From Gonapodya sp. JEL0774 (taxonomy: Eukaryota): a DNA stretch of 20,000 nt. Below, one piece after another: positions 11,486 to 20,000 of this stretch. Location of the stretch: positions 60,803-80,802 of the forward strand of contig JADIIX010000099.1 of the NCBI GenBank assembly GCA_027604505.1, given 5' to 3'. The first letter of the stretch is position 1. Each line of letters opens with the position of its first letter. The translations under genes and the position numbers were made by a program. The notes below the pieces were generated by a model. The model was not told where the DNA came from. It made no database searches and saw nothing but the letters and a program-made list of their open reading frames with translations.

Positions 11486-12649
11486 ATGCAAAGCAATTTC
11501 TTCGGTTTGGCCCTGCTTTTGGCAGTTGTTGGCCACACCTGTGTCGTCGCTGTGGCCGGATCAACTTCCGTCGGAGATCAACCAAACCCAGCGACGAAAT
11601 TGGACAAACGCGATTGTCCCTGGGGTACAGTCACGGATGGCAGTGGTTGCAAGTGCAAAACAGGTTGGAGGCCCGCGGGTTCGGGCCAGTGTTGTAGCCC
11701 GAACTCGTACTGGAATGCCGACTCTGGGTGTGTCTGTGAATCTGGAACGTCATGGAACGGCAACACGCGAGTTCGTCGTGATTTTTAATGTGACTGTGTG
11801 CATCTGCGGACGTTCTCTCGTGCAGCTGTTACGGCAAAACTCCGAGTTGCCCTTGGGGTACCATTCCCGACTCAGGCCAAAACTGCGTCTGTCTTCCCGG
11901 CTGGACAGCACAATATGACGGACAATGCTGTTCTCCAAACTCTCACTGGCAGAGTGGCAGCGGATGCAATTGCAACGCGGGGTACTCGTGGAGTAGTGCT
12001 GCGAACAGGTGGGGGACACATAAGCTTTGGAGGCGATTACGGTCTTTTGATTGATGAATCGCGGGGCATTGAATCGCAGTTGCACCGGAAAAACAACTCC
12101 CCCTCCCCCCCCTCCTCCCCCTCCTACGCCTCCATCACCCCCACCTTCAACACCACCACCACCGCCCCCACCACCCACGAAAGATCCAATTGAGCAATGC
12201 AGGGCCAGAAATGGCCCCAACAATAAGGATCCCGTTCTGGATGGCGTTACCGGCTACGTGTGGGGATGTCAAACGAGCGTCGGTTGTATTCTTGAGTGAG
12301 TTGACTAACACAGTACTTTCTGTCGATTTTTGGAGTTTAAACATTTAAAATTCGTTTTCTCCTTGAGTTCGGCTCTCGGAAGGTTTAAGTGTGTTCTCGT
12401 CGGAGGAGTAGTTAGTGCCGCCACTCCTGGAACTCCAATAGGACTTTTGGCTGGGACAGCATGCACTGCGGTGAGGGATCTTCACTTTAGAACGCACTTG
12501 AAGCACATTTTTAATGTTTGGTCGGAACCTTTCCAAAGATTGACCTCAGCGTGAACGGTTTGCCGAGCTGCACATCTGACCAATGCGGTTGCTATTTGTA
12601 CCAACCACCTCATGAAAAATGTGTTATCGGTGGGAGGAATGTCTGCTAG
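11486..12649 (+). CDS. Secreted cysteine-rich modular protein of unknown family, ~292 aa; exons 11486-11766, 11826-12008, 12080-12295, 12383-12470, 12539-12649
   Basis: Signal peptide MQSNFFGLALLLAVVGHTCVVAVAG, propeptide ending LDKR, two similar 8-Cys modules, poly-Pro linker and a 10-Cys C-terminal domain ending GGRNVC*. The model needs a GC-AG first intron and two AAG acceptors, and all joins are in frame (879 nt). The exon 4 acceptor could alternatively be the GAG at 12367. Confidence 0.85.
11615..12098 (+). repeat. Two tandem ~60-aa Cys-rich protein modules
   Basis: CPWGTVTDGSG-CKCKTGWRPAGSGQCCSPNSYWNADSGCVCESGTSWNGNTCYGKT versus CPWGTIPDSGQNCVCLPGWTAQYDGQCCSPNSHWQSGSGCNCNAGYSWSSAANSCTGKT. 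Confidence 0.9.
12099..12176 (+). repeat. CCN-rich low-complexity tract encoding a polyproline linker (22 Pro in 26 aa)
   Basis: Translates as PPPPPPPPPTPPSPPPSTPPPPPPPP. Confidence 0.9.
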
Positions 12650-13415
12650 GAAGAAATCACTCGCATGCACACTCTAGGCCTGGGTGAAAGATCTGCTGCA
12701 GGAGAATGTGCTTTTTAGTTAGTTCAATAACAATTTAATGAAAGTCCCTGAAGTCTGTGGTAGTACACCTTGAAATTTTGTTAACAGCTCAAGCAGTTCA
12801 TTTGCTCGATCCAGCGCAGCCTGGTTATTCCCCCTCTCCTTTGAGTACAAAGCTCACCTCTTAAAGACATGGAGGTTCGACATCTCGAAAAATTAAAAAT
12901 GTGAGTGGATATTGATTCCATAAAATTCAATGTTAGAATCTCAGTGAATCCATTTTGCTGGGAGTTTCAAATGCTGGCGGCATCCTAGTTGTCGGGCAGA
13001 TAAGAACGTTCAGACTTGTCGTGTTCGCACTACATACATAGTACTGCCACGATTTTTCGTGATTGTGATGTGTATCATTCAGGCGGCAGTCAGCTGCCAT
13101 ACCAGTAGTTCCCTGATGGGCTCCAATCTTTCCTGTTTGGGATAGCAACACCCTCAGGGACACTTTCATTGAACCTTTGCCCAAACGATTTACCGACCAT
13201 TTCCAAGAGAGTTTGCGAGGCCGAGACGGGATCTCTCTGTACACGCTTTCTATCTTCCTGTGACCACCTGTGCTGCTCAGCGTCAAGACGAGACGGGCTT
13301 CTTGCCGTTCCGCGTGTCCTCTGAAGCACCTGAGAATCGATTGCCTTTGGGATTCGGCAGAATCGAGACAATACATCGACGACGGTGTCGTACCGTTCAC
13401 CAGTGACGCCATAGC

Positions 13416-13527
13416 GTAAGTTGAAAAACATCTGCAAGCCCGCGCCTAAGTGTCGCCAAGAACTCAGCTGTCATGTCATTTCTAATTCATGCCCCTGTCT
13501 TGCCCGCACCGCTGAACCAACTTCCAG
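13416..13527 (+). other. Putative 5'UTR intron of the ankyrin gene
   Basis: Consensus GTAAGT donor at 13416 and GCTGAAC...TTCCAG acceptor ending at 13527. The upstream exon cannot be coding in the required phase because it ends in TAG. Confidence 0.5.
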
Positions 13528-13613
13528 AACGCAAGATCGAAGCCGTCGACGCGGCTGTTTCTGCCACGACTATTACTGATATCTTCGACTGCTACTCTAA
13601 ATTCCATTCTCCT

Positions 13614-16600
13614 ATGATGCTGAGGACCAAAGAGCTCGACGCAACTCTCTTCGAGGCCTGCGAGGATGGTCGCGTTGTGGACGCTGTGGAAGCTCTCGAC
13701 TTGGGTGCAGACGTGAACATCAGGAAACGTGTTACCACAATGGTCATCGTCTCGGAGGGTGGCGAGACGAACCCTAAAGCTGAAACCAGGGAAGCGGAGA
13801 GTGCACTTTGTGTGGCCGTGAGGGGAGGCCACGTCGAAGCTGTCAGGATATTACTAGAGAGGGGTAGGTATCTCGTTTTGGGTTCAAAAAGTGGCTCCAT
13901 GAGTTGGGAGCACAGCTTCGTTGACAACGGACAATTGTGGCCCCGCGCCTGCTCCCCTGTCCACCAACTCTCGAAAACTCTTGAAGGATGTTGGTGATGG
14001 GGAGTAGAGCCTGCAAGAGGACAAACTCGAAGGCCGTCCCGTGAATTGATAATTTAGACAGTCCTAACCTCCCAATCTGCTCTCAAATGCCCTTTTTGCC
14101 CTCCCCCTGTCTCCCACCAAATCCTCATCTACCCGCAACTATCTACCTGCTCCCACACTGCGTCGAATCTACTACTTCGTGGTGTTATCACCATACGGTT
14201 TTCCGGGAACTCTGTGGAACCACACTCGAACCCTCCCACCAGGTGCAGACCCCGAAGCGCCCATCGAGTGGTCCACTCCACGCCCTCGCGTTATACCGCC
14301 AAACTTCCCACCTACCACCACGTCCTCTCCCACACCCGCGTTGGCGTCCGAGTCTTCAGATTCACCTTTGTCGAGCTCACCTCCATACGCATTCTGGTCC
14401 ACTCCAAATCACTTTCCCTCGGCTCTACACCTGTCCCTCACCTCGGGCGCCCGCCGCTTCAACAAAAAGGGAGCCGCAATTTCCGTCGGTGGCACTCAAT
14501 CCCTCACATCCGCACCAAAAACACCCCATGTACTCGTTCACCTCAAACCCAATCCTGCAATCGTGACACTCCTCGCACCATATTTCTCGCGCATCCCGCA
14601 TGAGGTTGTCGATCTGGCAAAATCACTTGCGGTCTCCCAAGCCGGCACCTGGACTGCCATCGCTGCCGCGCTCGAGAGGAGGTCCACCAGTGAGGCCTGT
14701 CATCACCGCAATGGGTGCGATGCCGCAGTCACTCATGGTGGTTCATCGAGTTCTTGCGCTTGTTCTTGCCCGTGCTCTCTATCGGCGTCCACTTTGCGCG
14801 ATTCGCCTGATACTGGCACCCCAACCCCGCCGGCTATGCCGGCGCCGGTACCGACTCCAACCCGCGCGGCCCAACATCTTGGGGGCATTGCCCAGGCGGC
14901 CGAGCCACCGACGCTTGTGCTATCCCCAATACCTGCACCGTCCCCCGCCGTCGTCGCCGCGACGAAAGCAATGTTGGCTGCGTCAGAAGCACCCCCATGC
15001 ACATCCGAGAAGGAAGTTCACGAGGTGGTAGTGTCGGTGGTAGACCCAGGTGAATCTTTGCGGGAAGACGTCACAGTAAAGCCCCCTCCTCCTCCCGGTG
15101 TGATCACGAGAAGTGGGACTCCAAAGCGCGGAAAGGTCGGTGTCCCGCCCGCACCATCCTCTACATCCACTACCACGTCCAACACTTCGCAACCGTTGCT
15201 TTTCTCAAAGCATTCACCTGGTCCGACATTCACTCAAAGCAGACCCCATCGCTCGGCTTCCGCTGCTGGTCTACCTAATCGCCCAGCACTACCTGCACCT
15301 GGCGCCAAACCGGCAACATCCGTGGTGTCGTCGCAGGCAAAGCATTCCCGAACCACTTCAGGTCGCGGGTCAGTTCTTGCGCGGTCTGCCACAAGTGCTC
15401 CAGGCCAGATGAGTCCCGACAGTGTCTTGGGAAGCAGATCAGGAACCCCCTCGTCCCCAAATCTCGCATCCTTGCATACTGGTCCGCAGCATGGGCAAGG
15501 CCAGACTCGCCGTCGCGGCGCATCGAGTGCTGCTCTTTCATCAGCTGCAGCGGTAACTCGCCCACCGTACACGATCCAAGGCCACCGTCGTGCAGCTGCG
15601 TCGGTTCATATTCGAAGTTCCTCTGGTGTGGCATCGTCAACGGTAGCTGGAGGGAGCTTGGCAGCGAGGGAGCATCCGCCTCTTGTTGTCAGTGACGCAG
15701 TGCCCTCATCGAGAAGGCCTGCGAGAATTGCGACAGCCACACCGCCAGCTGTTATGGGGTCCGTGGCGCTACCTTTTGGTGCAGCTAAGCCTGCAACGAT
15801 GCCTACGGCTTCTGCGTCAGTCCCTACTGCGATGGCCGCACCTCCGGTTCACTTCTCACCACCCACTCCCCCCGCGACGACTGTTTCTTCGACTTCTTCG
15901 TCGCGTGCGGAGGCAGCTCCCCCTATGGACCTCACTATACCATCAGACATGCACCCGGTCTTAGCCCATCTAACATCGGCCCTGCGGAACCACTCTCGCG
16001 CGCTCGCGGATCACGCACGCCTCGCAGCAGAGCAGGCGCGGACTATCGCAGAACAGGCAAGAATTATCGAGGAGATGGGTTGGAGATGGGAGAGGGCAAG
16101 CGGTGCATTTCTTGGAGCTGGAGGAGGAGCAGCTCAAATGCTGGCGCATCAACGTCAGCACGCCGTGGATGTTCGAAATAGCGAGGGCCAGACAAGGCGA
16201 GGGTGGAGCATGCTTGCTGAAGCTGGCTACCCACCCTACTTGCCGAGTGCAAGGTTGAGCCCGCCATGGAATGAAAACACTCACTATCACAAGGCAACTC
16301 CAAACTTCAATTTGACCTCGTCGGGAAGCGTACAAGCGCCGCACCAGTCCGCTGCATATCCGACCCCGCCTCCGCCACTGACTATGCCGCCGTTCGCGAG
16401 CCGTGAGAATCCACGTGGTCATCGGGCCTCCGCGCCAGTAGGGACACCATTGTCTGCCCCAGCGCCCCCTACTTATCCCGTGCCCGTTCCGCCGCCTGTT
16501 CCTGCGCCCGCCAGGTATCCCCTTTTTGTGGGTGAGGCGGCCCCGAACTGGAGCCTCGGTGGAGAAATGGAGATGGAAGATTTGGACAGCGAGGGAAGCG

Positions 16601-16704
16601 TCTACGAGACAGACGAGGAGGGTGATGGTGAGGGAGGGAGAATAGTGGGATTGTCTAAAGAGAGGGTGTTTGGAGGCAGTGCCGTCTCTGAGACGGACTG
16701 GTAG
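13614..16704 (+). CDS. Ankyrin-repeat protein with a long Pro/Ser/Ala/Thr-rich disordered region, ~903 aa; exons 13614-13863, 14243-16704 (start uncertain)
   Basis: Ankyrin-like motifs LFEACEDGRVVDAVEALDLGADVN and SALCVAVRGGHVEAVRILLERG. The GTAGGT..CCAG intron (13864-14242) completes LLERGADPEAPIEW in frame with the 841-aa ORF. Confidence 0.82.
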
Positions 16705-17226
16705 AATATTTTCGGGAGGGGCCTTTCTGTCTGTGGAAAACGTGGTGGGAACTGATGGATCGAGAACCGCGCAGGACGCTACTCCTCCCAACCGGCATAG
16801 GACTCGTTCACGCATTAGAACTTAGGTCTGGTAGTTTCTGCAGCTGAAATGCGTGATTGGACATCAAGGTGGCCTTGGATCGTCTCCACCTCAGCTTATT
16901 GGACTTTGGACTACTTATTAACTCGGAAGGACACTCGCTTCGGTACTTTTTGGACACCAAACTACGTTTTTCAAATCACTTCAGTACTCTCTCACTTCCA
17001 CCATTGTGCACTCTCCCCGCTTTACTCACGAGTTCACCCTTCATCACCCACACATCCTCAATTACTTGGTCAACATTTCCACGTAGTCTGCAGTCTCTTT
17101 GTCATTCTGACTTATTGCATATACCGCATCAGTAGTGTGATCGAGATGGAGGATTGTTCACTTCCTTGGAAACTAATGGTCGATTGAGGTGTATGCATTG
17201 GAGAATAATAAAATAATTATCAAGAT

Positions 17227-18410
17227 TTACAAAGCAGCCTTTGTGATCGCCTTCTCCACAAAATTTGCAATTCTTTCAGCGCAATTCTTTGCAGAACTCA
17301 ATCCAACCTCGTGTCCATGTCCGTCCTCTGCGAAAACTTCTAACCCTTGAATTCTACTACGAATTTTGTCCACAATCGCAAATGGCACCACGATGTCCTT
17401 AGTACCCCAAACGGCGAGCACGGGGAGAGATGGGAAACGTTGAGATATTGTGGTGAGTTCGAGGTGGCCACCCGACGAGTTGTCGGGATCTGGGTGCCAG
17501 TTGGTCAAGGTGGAGTATATCGCACGACCGAAGCCGAGGAGGTGCTTTTGCTGTTTAGAGGAATAGAGATGAACCGAGTACTGTCGTATCTCTAAGACAG
17601 CAGAGAATCAAATTGTGCTCACCTGAACAAGAATAGTCTCAGTGGCGGCCATCTGCTCCTTGTAACCCGGAGCATTCTGGGGGACCGCACCGAGGGGGGG
17701 TGGCGGCGCGCCAGCCTCCATTGGAATGGGCTTGAGGAACAGGGCTGGGCACATGAGAACGAGGGACTAACGCGAAAGGGCACAGTAAACAAGGGGCGCA
17801 GTAGAGTCAACGACACAGTTTTCTTTACATTCAACATGTCCCCGTACAATGCCGCAAAGCCGGCAACAATTCTCCCTCCAAGGGACAACCCAGCGAGGTT
17901 GAAGCGTTTCCATTGAGGCACAACGTGGGCGAGGAGGAGGCGGAGTTGTGCGACATAGAATGAGTCGGTATAGGTCGCATTCGGAGCATCCGAGTAGGAC
18001 CGGCCATACAGATCTGCGATATTCGTTAATGTAAGTACGCAAACGGTTACGTGTCCGGATATTACTTACCGTAAGTGAGTACCCTAAAGCCCTTGGCTGC
18101 AAGCATAGTCAATAAGCTCTTGTACGCGCTGCTTGGGATGCGGAGGCCGTGGACAAACACAAAGGGTATTCCATTCGCTGCAGGGAACAAGGGATCCCGT
18201 TGAACCACCAAGTCCACTCGCAGTAGGCCCACTGACACACTAGCCTGGTCCAAAGAGTGAGTAGTGCGTCTTTCCAAATGGCAGGTCTGCATATCCGGAT
18301 CCTGGTAGCGCGTCTTCCGGTAAAACTGCTGTCTCCTGCGCGGACATTTTGGGTTTAAAGGCATACAAGCCTGGGTAGTCGATTCGAGGGTACTCGAAGG
18401 GTTTTGCCAT
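17227..18410 (-). CDS. Alpha/beta-fold hydrolase, ~308 aa; exons 18410-18245, 18177-18070, 18013-17829, 17766-17623, 17550-17227
   Basis: FGPANGIPFVFVHGL, GFRVLTYDLYGRSYSDAP, nucleophile elbow GLSLGG, acid WGTKDIVVP and His GHGHE. Joins are in frame (927 nt) if intron 1 uses a GC donor. Confidence 0.92.
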
Positions 18411-18620
18411 CGGAAATGAGATGCAGTTGTGGAGTATTTGAGATCGACCGGGGAGAGCGATCACGAACTCGAATAACCGGATGAACTTCAGCCGATAACT
18501 TCTTCCAATGCATATAAACATTATGTTGTCAATATTTTCGCTATAATTTGCGAACACTTTGTAACAAGAGACTCTTGCGCTATCAAAGCATATTACCGTC
18601 ATACATAATGAACTATCCCA

Positions 18621-19309
18621 TCACGCAGAGATTCCAACTAATCCCATTCGCGGAATCGAGTGGTTTAAACTATCAGAAAACTCTGAGTCAAAAGTCTTCT
18701 CGCTCTGTTTGGCGGTCACGGATCCGGCGCTTGCTACCTTTCTGTCCACTATTCCCATTCCATCCTCCGGCTCTTCCTTCCATCCTCGAGGCCATAGGGA
18801 CTCTTTCAGCATACGCAATTGTGTCTCCAGTTCGATAGCCTTCTGCTGATACTCCCACCGTTCGTGGCGCAGGATTTCATTCTGCTTTCTCGATGTGTCC
18901 AACTCATATTTCAGTTTCGAAAGCTCCTGAAGGGCAGATCGGGCATCAGTGCCCATGGCCTCGAGGTAAACCATCCTTTGATAGGTTTGGATCAAAACTG
19001 CCTCTACTGCGGATAAGTTAGGCGCTTCGCTTTGGGTGGAAGAAAAGTGATGTATCGAAGGCGGAGATGGAGGAAGGGAAGATGATAAAAGCTGAGCGAA
19101 TTGTGGCTGGCTGGAGGAATTTGCCGCTGATGATGTTGGATGGGAGGTTGTAGTCTGTTGTGAGGTTGTAATTTGTTGTGGTGAATCAAATTCTCAGCCG
19201 CGTCTCGAAGTTGCAAGACACGCACAGGCAATGGTGAAAAGCGAGTGACGGAGCGGGAAAGATCAGCATTTTCTAGGGTTGCGAATTGAGGGAACGGAAT
19301 GGCTTCCAT
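18621..19309 (-). CDS. Hypothetical coiled-coil protein, ~205 aa; putative exons 19309-19226 and 19154-18621 (5' end uncertain)
   Basis: Ser-rich segment followed by heptad-like SALQELSKLKYELDTSRKQNEILRHERWEYQQKAIELETQLRMLKE. A GTGCGT..AACAG intron joins an upstream ATG exon in frame. No family was recognised. Confidence 0.55.
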
Positions 19310-20000
19310 TTCGCTGATGAGTGTGGGCAAGAATGAGTGACAACAAGCACGGAGTGGATCACTCATATTCGTCTTGTTTTTCAAACAATCATAACAATTT
19401 GAAAGTTATAAGTTGGTTCTGGGTATGAGAATGGTGACCATTTACGAAGAGAGAGACACAATGTTCACTCGGAACACATTTGTACAGCTCGACTCACGAG
19501 ACCGTCATGGTTGCCCCAAGATTATTTTTTCCCCTAGGCTAACCAGACTACGTTTCCCCGTGCATACACATGGCTGGTATAGTTGATAACCCGCCCACGT
19601 GTTTGGGGAGCATAGCTTATGAAGGTTAATCGTCGCAAGCGCGTTTTAGTGAACCATACCAGCAAAAGAAAATGTGGAGACAACCAGTGGTCGTCAAACA
19701 AGAAAGTGCTGTGCATAACTGAACTGCAAGAAGTTGTTGATAATTGAAGCGATAATGTCGGAGAAAGTACCACTCCGCTTCACACCATCTCCAATGACAC
19801 CCATCAAAATTCTAAAACATAGACGAAGGGGTTTGAAAATGTTGGCATCCAAAGCTCATCTCGTCTCAGAAGCTCTTTGCTTGTGCTTGATATTACTATA
19901 ATGTGGTCAAAATATTTGCTTCATTAACCCCTTCCCCCCTGAGCGTCACTTAAGTGAGGGTTGGAACCTCTTACTTTGACAATATTTTTCCAGCCTTGTA

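Noticed and set aside
11750..12223. Gly-rich minus-strand ORF
   Set aside because: Reverse complement of the polyproline codons.
12933..13437. Two overlapping minus-strand ORFs (159 and 115 aa)
   Set aside because: No recognisable domain or convincing splice structure, and the region overlaps the likely promoter/5'UTR of the ankyrin gene. A gene here cannot be fully excluded.
15970..16815. 281-aa minus-strand ORF and other ORFs opposite the 841-aa ORF
   Set aside because: Antisense to a GC-rich coding exon, with no recognisable motifs.
16849..17187. Plus-strand ORFs of 112 and 92 aa
   Set aside because: They lie in convergent 3'UTR space and have no recognisable features.
3141..18410. Secondary-metabolite cluster (dioxygenase + P450 + hydrolase)
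   Set aside because: There is no PKS, NRPS or terpene backbone gene, transporter or cluster regulator in the window, and the enzymes are interspersed with housekeeping genes (RPA12, uL10m).
1..20000. Prokaryotic systems, CRISPR arrays, tRNA/rRNA and transposons
   Set aside because: The window has spliceosomal introns throughout, and I saw no repeat-spacer array, cloverleaf, rRNA-like tract, terminal repeats or transposase/RT motifs.

Overview
Gene-dense, intron-rich eukaryotic DNA, most likely from an early-diverging fungus. The ankyrin-protein style reminds me of Monoblepharidomycete/Gonapodya proteins, which is recollection and not checked. Splicing by hand gives nine gene models: YRB1/RanBP1 (+), a PhyH-family Fe(II)/2OG dioxygenase (-), RPA12 (+), mitochondrial uL10m/MRPL11 (-), a cytochrome P450 (+), an unrecognised secreted Cys-rich modular protein (+), an ankyrin plus long disordered protein (+), an alpha/beta hydrolase (-) and a small coiled-coil protein (-). 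There is also a possible partial minus-strand gene at the left edge. Most ORF-track entries are exon fragments or antisense shadows. The best novelty candidate is the secreted protein at 11486-12649, which the ORF track breaks up because it needs a GC-AG intron. It has a signal peptide, a KR processing site, two exon-duplicated 8-Cys modules, a polyproline stalk and a 10-Cys C-terminal domain with a Gly-rich hydrophobic hairpin. Other points of interest are stem-loop structures in the two long YRB1 introns, frequent AAG acceptors and GC donors, and an acidic-Trp tail on the ankyrin protein. No rRNA, tRNA, CRISPR or mobile element was recognised.
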